NCBI RefSeq assembly: GCF_001194135.2
Contig: NC_068991.1
Coordinates: forward strand, 51,592,980-51,656,979
Reading direction: 5' to 3'
From: Octopus bimaculoides
Lineage: Eukaryota
Length of the DNA stretch: 64,000 nt
The position numbers were made by a program, and so were the translations under genes. Shown one piece after another: positions 23,276 through 37,286 of the stretch (its first letter is position 1; each line of letters opens with the position of its first letter). The notes below the pieces were generated by a model. It was given only the letters and a program-made list of their open reading frames with translations. It had not been told where the DNA came from and did no database searches.

Positions 23276-24176
23276 GCTGGTGTGTATATTTTAATAGCCT
23301 ATCAATGTACACAGTGAGGTTCTTTGCCCAAGATGTCAGAAAGACACTAGCAAGAAATGGAAACAAAGATTACCAAATTAGATATTAATTTGGAAAAAAT
23401 ATCTAGATATTTTATTAGCAACCTCAATTACAATTGGGTTGAATTTAAAGAAAAATATCTTGGAAAAAAAAGTACCTGTTGTTGAGTGAGCCCTTGTGTT
23501 CCCGCTCGGCATGCTAGTATAGAACTGATGAGGGCTTCTCTTCCTTAAGTTCCCTCTAATGCTCATTTACCTGCTCTCCTATGCTCTGTGCTGTCTCCCT
23601 TATGTACGTCGTTGTCTTGTTTCTGCACTGTCCCTCTGTACATCTTATACTATAGACTACATTCCTAGCTTTACAGTGGTGGTAGTAGTAGTAGTAGTAG
23701 TGGGATTGATAATGGTAGCAGTAATGGTGGTAGTGGTAACAGTAGTGGTAGTGAGGAAGATAACCCTAGAAGGGCCAGCAACATGAATACCCGCCCCCTT
23801 GATACTCAGTTCTTCAACATATGTGACAAATCTTACAACATGAACCATATATACCCGACAACACTACCCTTTAACAAAAGGGTCTGCATCCCAAGACATA
23901 TTAGTGACCACATGGAAGCACAATTCACTATAGCTAGGACAAAATTTAGACAGATTTTAGAACTATACACTAAGAGACAGAATAGGACAGAGGACCAACA
24001 ATTCAGGAATATACCCACGAGTGGCCTACATATCCAAATGAACATGTAAAGTACAAATGTTAGATGGAAGGAAATCTGGTGTCATCTAAAATAGAAATGA
24101 CAAAAAAAGACTCAAAGGAGTTATAATACAAAATTTTAAAACAGATTAAAAATTATTTTTAAATAGAGATACAAAC

Positions 24177-24261
24177 CTCGTTTAGACATACGCTCCATCA
24201 TATCAGCATCTTCAACAGTTATACAGGCTGTAGGAATTTTACGGACACCTTCACTATAAGC
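24177..24261 (-). CDS. CPQ: CPQ coding exon (AYSEGVRKIPTACITVEDADMMERMSKR)
   Basis: 85 nt, phase 0/1, ttag/gtttgt. Matches human EYQDGVPKIPTACITVEDAEMMSRMASH. Confidence 0.96.
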
Positions 24262-24934
24262 CTAAATATTATAAAATTATCAAGAATAGCAGAAAAGTTT
24301 TATTATAGCCATAAATTAATTTTACCTGTATTATCAGTTTTATTGTCATATTTGGGACGTAATTTTAGGAATAATCAAAGAATTTCCATGCTCGTCTGGG
24401 CAAGACAGTATCAGTTCAGACCAAATTCCCTGTCTTGATGCTCTTCTTGAGACCAAAGTAATATTTTCCCATTGCTAGACATGTTTTACATAGAAACATT
24501 AGAAATGAACAACCATACTCATATGATAATAATGCTCATTTACAGCCATCACGTGCTGTCTAGACAAGAGTACACACGCAAAACACACAGACACACACAC
24601 ACACATGTATGCATGTATCTGTGTGTGTGTGTATATATATATTTGTATATATATATATATATATATATGCACATATACATCGTCAGTAGTTCATATATCC
24701 AAAAATGATGCGCACTCTAAAGCAGTGTTCCACAACCTTTTTTCACTTGCAGTACACTTATATTCTTTTCAAAATTTGGCAGAACACCTGAACTAAAAAT
24801 ATAACAAAAATTATAGGGAAAAAATTATATCCATGTTACACTGTGGCACACCTACCATTATCTGGTGGCACACCAGTGTACAATGACATACTATTTGAAG
24901 AGCACTGATCTAAAGCATTAAAGCAGTAATATAC

Positions 24935-25126
24935 TTTTTAGGAAGTTATAAGTTATTGCTGGTCATAGAGTAACCATTGGTTTCACACATACAAAGTGCT
25001 TGAGCTGCCAGTGCTGGCTACCACCTCAGTAGTAGTAAATGATAAGATGCCAATACTGCTAAGTGCTTTATAGGTGCAAAAACCAATGATCATTATGACT
25101 GGCCACAACATTTAACTTCCTAAAAA
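24935..25126. mobile_element. Decayed fold-back element (~65-bp inverted arms)
   Basis: tttttaggaagttataagttattgctggtcata...ccattggtttcacacatacaaagtgcttg versus ctaagtgctttataggtgcaaaaaccaatgatcattatgactggccacaacatttaacttcctaaaaa. Confidence 0.7.
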
Positions 25127-25149
25127 ACATATACATACATATATATATA

Positions 25150-25536
25150 TTCTTTTATTTGTTTCAGTCATTTGACTGTGGCCATGCTGGAGCACTGCCT
25201 TTAGTCAAACAAATCAACCCAGGACTTATTCCTTGTTAGCCTAGTACTTATTCTGTCGGTCTCTTTTGCCAAACTGCTAAGTTACTGGGACATAAACACA
25301 CCAGCCTCGGTTGTCAAGTGATGGGACAAACACACACATATATATATAGAGAGAGAGATAGAAATAGATATACAACAGGCTTCTTTCAATTTCCATCTAC
25401 CAAATCCACTCACAAGGCTTTGGTTGGCCTGAGGCTACAGTAGAAGACACTTGTCCAAGGTGCCACGTAGTGAGACTGAATCCTGAACCATGTGGTTGGT
25501 AAGCAAGCTACTTGCCACATAGCCACTCCTGCACCT
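25150..25536 (-). mobile_element. Family A SINE
   Basis: Full-length similarity to 8191-8598. Confidence 0.9.
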
Positions 25537-26377
25537 ACATAGCCACATGTATATATGTATATATATATATATATATNNNNNNNNNNNNNNNNNNNNNNNN
25601 NNNNNNNNNNNNNNNNNNNNNNNNNNNNNNNNNNNNNNNNNNNNNNNNNNNNNNNNNNNNNNNNNNNNNNNNNNNNNNNNNNNNNNNNNNNNNNNNNNNN
25701 NNNNNNNNNNNNNNNNNNNNNNNNNNNNNNNNNNNNNNNNNNNNNNNNNNNNNNNNNNNNNNNNNNNNNNNNNNNNNNNNNNNNNNNNNNNNNNNNNNNN
25801 NNNNNNNNNNNNNNNNNNNNNNNNNNNNNNNNNNNNNNNNNNNNNNNNNNNNNNNNNNNNNNNNNNNNNNNNNNNNNNNNNNNNNNNNNNNNNNNNNNNN
25901 NNNNNNNNNNNNNNNNNNNNNNNNNNNNNNNNNNNNNNNNNNNNNNNNNNNNNNNNNNNNNNNNNNNNNNNNNNNNNNNNNNNNNNNNNNNNNNNNNNNN
26001 NNNNNNNNNNNNNNNNNNNNNNNNNNNNNNNNNNNNNNNNNNNNNNNNNNNNNNNNNNNNNNNNNNNNNNNNNNNNNNNNNNNNNNNNNNNNNNNNNNNN
26101 NNNNNNNNNNNNNNNNNNNNNNNNNNNNNNNNNNNNNNNNNNNNNNNNNNNNNNNNNNNNNNNNNNNNNNNNNNNNNNNNNNNNNNNNNNNNNNNNNNNN
26201 NNNNNNNNNNNNNNNNNNNNNNNNNNNNNNNNNNNNNNNNNNNNNNNNNNNNNNNNNNNNNNNNNNNNNNNNNNNNNNNNNNNNNNNNNNNNNNNNNNNN
26301 NNNNNNNNNNNNNNNNNNNNNNNNNNNNNNNNNNNNNNNNNNNNNNNNNNNNNNNNNNNNNNNNNNNNNNNNNNNNN

Positions 26378-26700
26378 GTGTGGTACACGGAACAGTTCTC
26401 AAAGAGAAACTGGACCGAGACAAATTTGGCCGCCGAGTTAAAGCTATTTATAACAAACTATTGGCTCACCAGATGGTAGAAATATACTCTATCATGTGAC
26501 CTTATTAGGGGCCGTGATTGGTCAGTTTGCGTTCTGGCGGGAACGGTTTGAAGAAGTTGCCGATTCGAATAATGATCAGTCACGTGATGACAAGGTTAAT
26601 GTTTTCCCCTACGTTCGCGTTTATTTATATTTAAATGAGAAGATTGTATGTAATGGCGATAGTAGTTTGTATCTAATGGCGGGAGGTAGTTTCACTACAT
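26378..26700 (-). promoter_or_regulatory. CpG-rich promoter-like island (TATA, two CCAAT boxes, E2F-like sites, E-box) abutting a gap
   Basis: Minus strand: TATAAATA 26452-26445; CCAAT 26464-26460 and 26521-26517; TCCCGCCA 26542-26535 and TCCCGCCAT 26684-26676; TCACGTGA 26580-26587. Confidence 0.5.
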
Positions 26701-27049
26701 ATATATACACACTATATACTATGTTTATGATAAGCTTTTTTATCATTTCCTGTAAAGCAAATTCACTCACAAGGTTTGGTGGGTGCAGGGCTATAGTAGA
26801 AGGCACCTGCTTAAAATGCCCCACAGTAAGACTTAAAACCAAACCACATAACTGTAAAGCAAACTTCACAACAGCACAGCAATGCCTACTCATATTTAAG
26901 GAAATAATGAAATTTCTGTCTTCATCCCCCATGTTATAGAGTGCAAATCATTTTAAATGCTTAACCTTATTAAATCATTTCTTATCAGCTGCTGTTTAAG
27001 CATTTTATGACTGTACTTTATAACTACATTTTATCACTGTAATACTTAC

Positions 27050-27214
27050 CTGATGTCCTGTGTGAGGACTATAGATTGAAAAGGGTGTAACACTTCTGAT
27101 AAGACTGGCTAAAGCTCCAACTCTGGCTGCTTCACTTGCCCCTTGGGACCGATATTTAACTGTTTCTCCATAACTTATCCATTTTTGGTTGAAAACAACA
27201 ATTTTACCTTCAGC
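27050..27214 (-). CDS. CPQ: CPQ coding exon (AEGKIVVFNQKWISYGETVKYRSQGASEAARVGALASLIRSVTPFSIYSPHTGHQ)
   Basis: 165 nt, phase 0/0, tgcag/gtaagt. PA-domain region with strong similarity to human CPQ. Confidence 0.97.
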
Positions 27215-28329
27215 CTGCAAAATATAAAGCGATTTGAAAAGGAAGTTTTTTCAAGATCCTGAAATTGAAGTAGTTGTATGACAGATAAAAATAAAATTGA
27301 ATAAATAAATTACAGAAATGAAAAATGTCAAATAACACTAAACAAATTGTTTGTTTTTACTTAAATCAACAAACATTTCAATGATATTTCTGCACAGTTT
27401 TTTTTTCCATACATTTCAAAATCACTATTGCTGCAATGTGACAGCAGGATGCTGGAAAAATTAATCTATTTTTCAGTATTAAAATCACATCTTAAAGGAC
27501 GTTAATCTAAGAGGTAACTTCAGCTGTGCAATCTTTGATGAGCCAATTCCTAAGTGCAGTTATTCAAGACATTTTTATATTCTGTTATTGTCACAATAAA
27601 ATTGTGTTAACTTATGATTGAATGCACAAGCACAATTTTTATTGATAAAGCTTGAAAATATTTATTTTATTTAACAACTATGTTGTGTGACCCGTCATAA
27701 TAGATTGTAATAGCTTATATTTATTAGGGCGTCTTTTCTGTTGTTGCTACTGTTGTTGTTGATGTTCTTTTACTCTTTTACTTGTTTCTGTCACTTGACT
27801 GCAGCTATGCTGGAGTACATTGAACAATATTTTAGATAAAGCAATTCTATGGCCAAAATGCCTCCATTGTGACCATTCCATCTTATTTTCATACAATATA
27901 TGCAGGACTATATTATCTGGCATATCTTTCCCTTTTTAAGATAGTAAGATGTAATCTAAATGAATTTGGATGCTATTTCTGCAGGCTGAGCAGCCATATA
28001 GAAGCTTTTGTGAGTTTGTTGTTTTTAGCTGTACTCATCCCACCTTCAGTACAGCACTCCAGCCATGACTACCCTGTCTAATATTCAGATACAGTCTATT
28101 TAGGGATATATTTTCTAATGTATTCTTCCTTTTTTTACAATAGTACAATGTGATTTGAATGAAATTTGGCTATTATTTCTAGTAGACTGAGCAACCATGT
28201 AGAAAACCTGAGAGAAGCAATTTTATTTGTCACAATGTCTCAATGTTTATGATTGGTTGGCTTGGAATTATGCCTTTCATTTGATTGGGTAGATTTACAT
28301 TTGAATTTTAAAGAAGCTGAAGCATTTAC

Positions 28330-28497
28330 CAATTGTGCTTTCTTTCTTAATTCTTCAAAACTGTTGACAACAAGTACTTCTGCCTTGATGCCATTCTTAG
28401 GAGTAGCTATACTGCTACCCAACCCCAAAATGGCCATTTCATGATATTGTGGTTCCAGCATAGTAGCAGATTCCTTACCACGCACCCAATGTGGTAC
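28330..28497 (-). CDS. CPQ: CPQ coding exon ([56 protein letters not shown])
   Basis: 168 nt, phase 0/0, ccag/gtaaat. Matches human [50 protein letters not shown]. Confidence 0.97.
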
Positions 28498-29039
28498 CTG
28501 GAATTTAAAAAATGAATAGAACAAATATATAACTACAATAAATACAAAATAAAGGTTACAATTATAGAATTATACACACACACATACACATCCAAATTTA
28601 GGGAATGGAGTATATAAAATCCAGGTTACATATGTTTCATAGCTAGCAGGACTATGGAAGTAATAATTACCCAAATGAGGGGTACTCCGCTAGCTACACA
28701 TCAAGCCAAAGATACTTTAGTCAAATGAAGGCTATATTGTCATCAAGGGATCCCATGTTAACTCACTGAGTTTTCTGCTAGCTATGAAACATATGAAGAC
28801 TGGATTTTATCTACTCCATTCCCTAAACTGATAAAATGTTGCATGCTTGGTCTAAAATATATTTATCTGTGTTCATGAAAATCTTGGGTCTACAATTGAA
28901 ATGATTTTAAATGTTATTAAGAATTTTATGTTTGGAGCACAAAAGTTGCTGATTTTTACTTTTTGTTGGTTGAAGATCTTATTCTAACAGTGTTGTAACA
29001 GAAAGAGCCAGGAATTTCCTGGAAGTGTGGACCAGATAA

Positions 29040-29430
29040 TTCTCTTGGGTGTATCCTTGGCCTTTTTTAGTTTGTGTGAGTGATGTGTAAAAATTTGTTC
29101 TTTGAAATCACTATTTAGAGGAATTTTATTATAGTAGGAACCTGCTCTGTTAAAAATTGGCTGATAGATTAGAGATCATACAGATCACACTGGTTTATGA
29201 AAATGAGAGAAATAGTGGCAAGAAAGTCTATCTATGTGTCTTACCTGTTTGTTGAATTTGTAGAAGGGTTTACATTTACCTGTTTGTAGATCTTGAGAAA
29301 CATTGAAGAAGTCAAACTTGGTTAAATTAAAGTCTGCAGTTAGGTTGAGGTGGGTTGTTAAAAATTTGTGATTAGATTCTTATGGAAAGTGTCTAATGTG
29401 TGGTTTTGCAATTGTGTGGAATCACTAAAC
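29040..29430 (-). mobile_element. Penelope-like RT fragment, decayed
   Basis: FNLTKFDFFNVSQDLQTGKCKPFYKFN...HID..S.H resembles the PLE RT thumb region. Confidence 0.55.
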
Positions 29431-29534
29431 CATCATCTCAATATAAACTGATATTGTTGTGAGGGAATCTGTATCTCAGAAGGTCTAATATTGAGCTGAG
29501 TCAAAAGTTTTTTTTGTCAAGTTACAACAAAAGT

Positions 29535-29790
29535 TGTTCTGATCCATGGCTCACTTCTTGCACTTGTGATACTTCATCAACCAAGAAGAGGTGAAAGCTT
29601 CAGTGAAGGAGTTCTTCAGCTTGAAGGACAAGAACTAGTATCAGCGAGGGATCAAAGAACTGGCAGAAAAGTGTTTTCAGATGGTGAAATATGATGACTT
29701 TTACTTTGAATGCTAGGTTGCTTTTGTTGTAACTTGATGAATAAAGCAAATAAGTTACCAAAATACTGCAAAACTTTTAACTCAACACAA
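29535..29790 (+). mobile_element. mariner transposase 3' fragment
   Basis: SMAHFL...EEVKASVKEFFSLKDKN.YQRGIKELAEK.FQMVKYDDFYFE, a typical mariner C-terminus. Confidence 0.75.
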
Positions 29791-29988
29791 TGTATCCAAG
29801 CTATCATAGTCACAAATTCCTGCACTGTCATGTAATTTCATTGAGACATCAAAAAGGACAGCAGGATCAGATATTTTTACTCAAGCCAGCCCATTTTCAA
29901 AGAGCAGGGCATGTGTGCAATTAGTTCTATGACTGATCCTTCAGTCCAGTAATTTCTTTTCCTAATGAATCCACTTCAATTATCTTAC

Positions 29989-30050
29989 CTTTACGTGTTC
30001 TCCATGGACATTTTCTAATCCTTCAGACATCATACTATGAAGAATGTAAC
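29989..30050 (-). CDS. CPQ: CPQ coding exon ((S)YILHSMMSEGLENVHGEHVK)
   Basis: 62 nt, phase 1/0, tacag/gtaaga. Aligns to human IMYQNLQQDGLEKVHLEPVR. Confidence 0.93.
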
Positions 30051-30954
30051 CTGTAAAGAAATTAAATATGAAACTAATTAAATTCCACCAAATATCAATT
30101 TCATTGTATACATAAGAATAAAATCATTGATTTGGTATTCAGTTTTTAGGACTGCTGTATCTCTTGTTGCAACTCTGCTCGATAAAAATGTGTGTGTATG
30201 TACACACAAGTGTATAGACACGCACACACACACACGTATGTGTATGTGCGTATATGTATATATGTGTGTGTGTATATATCATCAGCAGCAGCTGTTAGCA
30301 TCTACTTTCCATGATGGCATGGGTTAGATGGTTTGAGTGGAACTGATAAGCTTGAGAGCTGCACCAGGTTCCAGTCTGATTTGGCATGGTTTCTACAGCT
30401 GGATGCCCTTCCTAATGCAAACCACTCCAAGAGTGTAATGGGTGCTTTTATGTGTCACCAGCATGAGTACCAGATATATGACACCAGCATCAGCCATCAC
30501 TACAATTTCACTTGGCTTGACGAGTCTTATACACACACACACACACACACACACACATTTATTTTCCAATACAGCCACCTGATGAGGTACATGACTTCGT
30601 GAAGAAAATCTTTCACAGGTAGCTAGTGTCAGCTGTAAGGGCTGGTGGTGAAACTCAATATGACTGACAAGAACAGAAGAGATGAATTTGTCAGAAGCTT
30701 TAACATTTCTGACTTCTACACAGGTACTGGGATGAGAACTGATTGAAACTGTATTGTATATGAGTTAATAGTGAGGCCATTCTATGTCCGGATTTGATTT
30801 TCTAGAAATAACTGCCTATTCTCCTTCAAATTACACTTTACTTTCAAAAATTAAAAAAAAAAGCACACTTTGGACAATTGCGTCCTTGATACAGAAACCA
30901 ATGAAATGGTCATGATTGGAATGCTCTTGATTATGGATTTTCTCATTTCAGGTT

Positions 30955-31040
30955 GTCTTAAGCAGCAGCAGCAGCAACAGAAACAACAACAACAGCAGCA
31001 GCAGCAGCAGAAGCTGAAGCAATAACAACAACAACAACTG
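30955..31040. repeat. (CAG/CAA)n trinucleotide tract, intronic
   Basis: Directly visible. It lies in a CPQ intron, so it is not a coding polyQ. Confidence 0.85.
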
Positions 31041-31140
31041 TGGTCTTGGCTTGCCACAAGCTTTATCACTTGTTTTGTGGTACAAGTTATAATTTTACCT
31101 AATTATTTTGCTTAGTCGGGCAACAGATAAAGGAACTTAC

Positions 31141-31272
31141 TAATTGAATTCTCAAGATTTTGAGACCCTGCTACTCTATTTCCAAACATATCAGTGAATT
31201 TGGCCAGTCGGTTGTAAGACTGATTTTGGGCAGCACCATAGACAGCATATTGAATAATTTTGTCAGCAACAT
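31141..31272 (-). CDS. CPQ: CPQ coding exon ((D)VADKIIQYAVYGAAQNQSYNRLAKFTDMFGNRVAGSQNLENSI)
   Basis: 132 nt, phase 1/1, tatag/gtaagt. Matches human DVAKAIINLAVYGKAQNRSYERLALLVDTVGPRLSGSKNLEKAI. Confidence 0.96.
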
Positions 31273-31947
31273 CTATAAGAACAGGAACAATAAAAATAAG
31301 TCATGTAGGACCTAGCATAAGAAAAAAAAAACTATTTCTTATTTCTGGTTATAATAATTCTCCACTTTTATACTTGTCTAAATGTTTGAGAAATAGTTTT
31401 AGAACTAGCATTATTTATTTGACAATTTATGCCCTTGTAACAGTACAATTATAATCAATACTATTTCAAGTAATATATTCAAAGGTACAATTATTATTAA
31501 ATCTATAATTTTTGGTCTACTTGGAATTAATATCATACTTGTTTAACATTATATCATAATAATTAATATTCTTTTAAATTTAGAATCATTGTTGGTAGCT
31601 ATAATAGATGATAAATCAGGCACAGCAGAATAAGAAAGTTTAGCAGTGGCTATATTGAATATTTGGAAGTACTTATGTTGTGGTGAAAAATTGGTTTTAA
31701 GAATTTTAAAGAATAAGTCCAATTTTCATTTTGAAAATGTGTGTGTGTGTGTGTGCATGCATGTGTTTATGCATGCATGCAAACAAACAAATTGAATACA
31801 AACAGAATTATATTATACAAATAAAATATATTATGGTTAAAATACCAAATATATATATTCTACTACAAAACTAATATTAACTGCCATAGAGAAGAAATAT
31901 TTCTATACATTATATTCTTATAATATTCTTACATACAGTAGACATAC

Positions 31948-32019
31948 CTTTATATTTGCTAATTTCTTCACGTATGTCAATAGGCGCTGTGACACAACAT
32001 TTTAAGGAAATAACAATGA
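31948..32019 (-). CDS. CPQ: CPQ coding exon ((F)IVISLKCCVTAPIDIREEISKYK): end of signal peptide and N-terminus
   Basis: 72 nt, phase 1/1, cacag/gtatgt. IREEISKYKD aligns to human IKEEIASCGD. Confidence 0.88.
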
Positions 32020-33296
32020 CTGTGTGAAAATAGAAAAGAATATTTTAATGAAGCAATCATATGATGAAATTATTGGGTGAACAAATTATATTCAACTATT
32101 AATCATAGAATAATCATGACAGCCTTGTATTTAGTTTGTACATTTAAACAGAATAAACCAAGCTGAAGAATATATCTTGTCTTAAGTCACAACACAACAG
32201 CTCTGTATGTACATTTTCAACTTATGATTACATGGCCACCATTTTAGTATCTTAATCTCATTGATATTGAGCTGATAACTGGGCAATCCTTATACAGTCA
32301 ACATAGTAACACTCCCAATAAAAATTATCTTTAAAGAACAATCCAAAGTCTGAATATGTTTCTCACAGAGTTTAATGATTTTTTTTCTTACATGTTTAGA
32401 AAGGAGATTGACAAATTTCACAGAGGTGTATATAAGTGACACATCAAAGTATAGGTGAAATGTTATAAACATTTTAAATAAGTTTTTCTCTACTGAATGA
32501 GCATGTTATGTAAAACATCTGCAATATGAATCAACAATATTGATGTAGAAATAACACCAACACACCATAAATATCCAGTATTTATTATAGGTCACAAAAT
32601 TTGTCAGTATAAGAAGATATATCTTAAAATTAACTGCAAATTGAGCAGTATCAGTACATCTTATATGAAATTTTCAATTGATGCCTCACCATAAGCATGA
32701 TGTTTACAATATTTAATACACCTACAACTTCATAGTATCAAAGAGTATTTCCAATCTTATACTAACACTTCAGCATTCAGACTACTCTGCTAAATGTAAT
32801 ACTTATTTATTCACACTGTTTGGAATTAATCATGCATTACCTTATAGCTTTAAGATTTCAATGATTTAATCACTTATTTTTAAAATGACATTGTAGGGTT
32901 AGTGTAAGAGGCTGGATCTGGCTGGTTTAAATACAAACCCGGTAGAATTTTGGCCTGATATGGCCAGTTTAAATTCAAAAGGATTAATACATTTTTAATG
33001 TTATAACCCAAGTGGCAACATGTGGTTCTAATAACAGAAGGAGAGGCTTTCTGAATCAGTCAAGTTTAATTAGTATCAGTGAATTTAAAACTATGCATGC
33101 TTTCTCACTCAGGTTGAGAGTATATCATTTGGTGGAGTAGATCTGGCAATTTGAGTATGAAGCTGATGATATATACCTTGGTCAAAATTATAATCCTTCT
33201 TATATTTAATTCATATGTTCTGTCCAGGGGTTGTAGCACTAAAATTGTTTTGAAGAGCAGGCTAGAAATACATTCTTCTTTTTTTGCTTTTTTTTA

Positions 33297-33665
33297 AATT
33301 TTATTTGTTTCAGTGATTAGACTGTGGCCATGCTGGGGCACCACCTTGAAACATTTTTAGTCAAATGTATCGATCCTGGTACTTATTTTTTTAAAGCCTG
33401 GTACTTATTCTATCAATCTCTTTTACTGAACCACTAAGTTATGGAGATGTAACACACACCAGCACCAGTTGTCAAGCGATGGTGGGGATACAACACACAT
33501 ACAACAGGCTTCTTTCAGTTTCCGCTTATCAAATCCACTCACAAGGCTTTGGTTGGTCAGAGGCTACAGTAGAAGACACTTGCATAAGGTGCTACACAAT
33601 GGGATTGAACCTAGAACCATGAGGTTGAGAAGCAAGCTTCTTACCACACAGCCACACCTGCATCT
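33297..33665 (-). mobile_element. Family A SINE
   Basis: Similarity to 8191-8598. Confidence 0.85.
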
Positions 33666-34333
33666 ATAATTCTCAAATAAAATTAATTCAATGCTCTCTG
33701 ATGCTTTACATAATTTTCTTCATACACTATATAAGGTTACAGTCTGTATGTAGTGATAAATGTCTATAATAAAAAGTACATAATAGTTTATAAAAATAAT
33801 TAAACATATAAAATACCCCTTTAACCTTTTATACAAATAAATATTCTTGTGATTTTATAGAATGGAACACTTGTAAAAAAACTTATTTTTTCTTAGAAAA
33901 ATGTTTGTTTTTGTGAATAAAAATATATAATATTCTGATTTTAAAATAAAAATAATCTATGTTTACTCAACCAAAATTTAATAATCAATGTGTCTGATGT
34001 GATTACCTTGATTTTAATCTTATTAATCCTACAGTTTGTAAGCTTTTTTAGTAATGCAGACTCTAATTCCCAAATTAGTACAAATAAAAATTCATTGTTG
34101 TTGAATTGAATTATTACATTCAGCTTTAATTTAATTATCTGCAATGAATTTTCTATATAAAGTTCAGCCCTAGAAATAATGTGAATTGTCTCAAAATTTG
34201 AACTATAAATTTGGGAGAAAGATTTTGATTAATTCAGCTGAATGAACAAAAACCATTATTACACTGGTTTTCTGTGATGTTAGCTGTTATATAAATCTTA
34301 TCGGTTGGAAGCAATATATTCTTCTATATATAT

Positions 34334-34564
34334 CTCTTTTTACTCTTTTACTTGTTTCAGTCATTTGACTGCGGCCATGCTGAAGCACCGCCTTTAATCG
34401 AGCAAATCGACCCTGGGACTTATTCTTTGTAAGCCTAGTACTTATTCTATTGTACTCTTTTTGCCGCACCGCTAAGTGGCGGGGACATAAACACACCAGC
34501 ATCGGTTGAAAAGCAATGCTAGGGGGACAAACACAGACACACAAACATACACACACACACATAC

Positions 34565-34605
<41 letters not shown>

Positions 34606-34769
34606 TACGACGGGCTTCTTTCAGTTTCTGTCTACCAAATTCACTCACAAGGCTTTGGTCGGCCCAAGGCTATAGTAGAAGACACTTGCCCAAGGTGCCA
34701 CACAGTGAGACTGAACCCAGACCATGTGGTTGGGATCAAGCTACTTACCACACAGCCACTCCTGCGCCT
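34334..34769 (-). mobile_element. Family A SINE, young (CpGs retained)
   Basis: Very close to 8191-8598. Confidence 0.9.
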
Positions 34770-36550
34770 ATGTGTATATTATTTTATATACGTCATATTT
34801 TGCATACATAACTGTATAATAAATACAAGGTTATACCAGAAGTAATGTAAAAGTGACATAACATTCTTTTATTTAACATAGGTCATTCAAATTGCTTACA
34901 TTGACAGAGTGACTCTTCCTCTATATAAAAGTGATATTCAATATAGTCTCCATCACAAGTGATGCATCTGCACCATTGTTGAACCCAACTCTTGAATTAT
35001 CTGTGAAAAAATTCAAGTGTGTACTCTTGTATCCAATTCTTCACAGCTGTTTTCTGTGTCATTGATTTGTTGTCCACAAATTCATTTTGTTCTTCTTTCA
35101 CATTTGTTTTATTGGGAAATCTTAATGATTCGTTTGTGGCTGTGAGACTTGTTGATTTTAACTGTAAAACTAATTAAAGATTTATTTATTTATGGAGGAG
35201 TTTCTGATACTGTATCTGGTATTCCAGGGTGAGTGACTTTTTTTAATGTATTGGAATTTTCTTTTTTGTCAACAGTAAAGGTTTCTTTACGGGGTATAAA
35301 ACTAGGGGTGTCTTGCTAAGGTTGCCCATTTAACTAATTAATAAGTTTTTGCTAATTTCATTGGAGAGCAAATGCTTTTGAATTATAAGCCTTTGTGTAT
35401 GTGTGTTATGGCTAGGTTTGTTTATTATCATATATATATTGATATGGCTCAGTAAGTTTAATAGTGCATGTGAATATCATGACTGACTGCTTATTACTAA
35501 TAGGTTTGGAATTTTGCTTTGGTCAATTTTGAAAGATATTTTATAGAGTGGGGAGTTTAGTGTAGCTTTCTGAAACTGTCTTTTAAACTAGTTAAAAATT
35601 TTTGTTTGGTTATTTCATTGGAGAATAAGTATTTTGGTGTTATAGATTTTTAAGTGTGCTTGTGTGCATGTTTTCATAGATAAATTTATTGTTATACTGT
35701 AAAATTGATACATATAATTTAGTATATTTGTACATGTGTGTGTGTGTGTGTGTGCGCACACGTGCGTGTGTGTGTTTTCCATTTATCTTTGTGTATGTAT
35801 GTGAGTTTAATTTGATCAGCTGTTTCTTGTTTCATTTTTGAGGGTGAAGTTTAGGCCACTTGGTGGCTGTCTTATCCACTTTGAGTTCAGACCATTTTTT
35901 GAAAATGAATATACATCTGTGTCTGCTGCATGTTATGGTTTCAATTCCCCTTGTTTAGTGAACATGTGTTTTGTATGATTATGTGATATTTTTTTTTCTG
36001 GTGTACAGGAGGCAAATTCTGGAACCATTAATGTATGATGGGACACAATCTATTATTTTCCATTTTATATTTATGATTATTTTCTTTTAACTGTCAGATG
36101 TGTTTGGAAAGGATGTTGTGCTTTTTTTGTATATATTCCAAAATGTGTTTTGGGTATTGTGGGTATTTATATTTGAAGGTTCTACGAGTCACACCATCGT
36201 AGCTTTTTTTTTAATCCATCTCGTTACTTAGTAGACACACACACATGCACACACATACATGCACACACACACATGCACACACACATGCACACATACATAC
36301 AAATACACATACACATTCAATAACAAATTAAAAACAGGGCTAGTGTAGTAAACTGCACATACACAATGTGTGTTTTATTTGTTCACCAGTTTGCTGTGGT
36401 AAAGTACCTGAAGGATGACTTCCCCATTGCACAGGGTGGTAAAACATCTGAATCAGCAAACAAACTAAACACATACATAGATTATGTGCAGTCAACAATA
36501 CATATATACACATATATACATGTATATATGTATATGTATATATGCATGTG

Positions 36551-36585
<35 letters not shown>

Positions 36586-37244
36586 ATGTAACACATAGTG
36601 ATTAAAATCTGTTGGTGAAAGTACTCAAAACAAAACCAGAGTAAAGTAAATATGATTATTATTACACGCAAACAAAATTTACAGAATAATCACAATGTCT
36701 TGTTATCGCAAGTGGAATGCCAAGTTAGTGATGACTTGGCAATTTTATTATCAAATAAAATTGACATATGGTCAAAGCATGATAATATAAAGTTTTATCA
36801 TCTTATTGGAATGCCAAGTTCTTAAAACCTAATCTCAGGACCCTCACTGAAGATGGGAACTTTCTACACTCAACTGAGAATATTTTAAACAATGTTCTCT
36901 GTTGATGCAATATAGGTTTTCAAAGCTGACCTTTGTACAAACACTTCTTGCCGCTCTCTCTTAAGGAAATGCAGGGAACCTATGTTGGCCCATTGGAAAC
37001 CTATAACTAATGATGGTAAGCTTTTACAAATGGATTCTCTCTCTCTCTCTCTGTATATATGGATTTTGGTAAGCAACACCGATTTTTACAATTCTGTAAA
37101 TAATAATGATATTTTATAAGCATGAAGCTTTTAAGTGATCAACAAGTAATGACTAAAAAAATAGTCTAATATTGGGGCATAATAAATCCTTGACAAACAA
37201 AAGAACCCTACTTTTTCTGTTGAGGGCTTATATACCTCAATATT

Positions 37245-37286
<42 letters not shown>

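Noticed and set aside
30570-30610. CTGATGAG motif as another hammerhead (also at ~37840 and ~59893)
   Set aside because: No stem II followed by GAAA at the required spacing.
32290-32472. 60-aa ORF as the CPQ signal-peptide exon
   Set aside because: Its donor phase is incompatible with the next exon. The exons at 38123-38150 and 31948-32019 give a consistent signal peptide instead.
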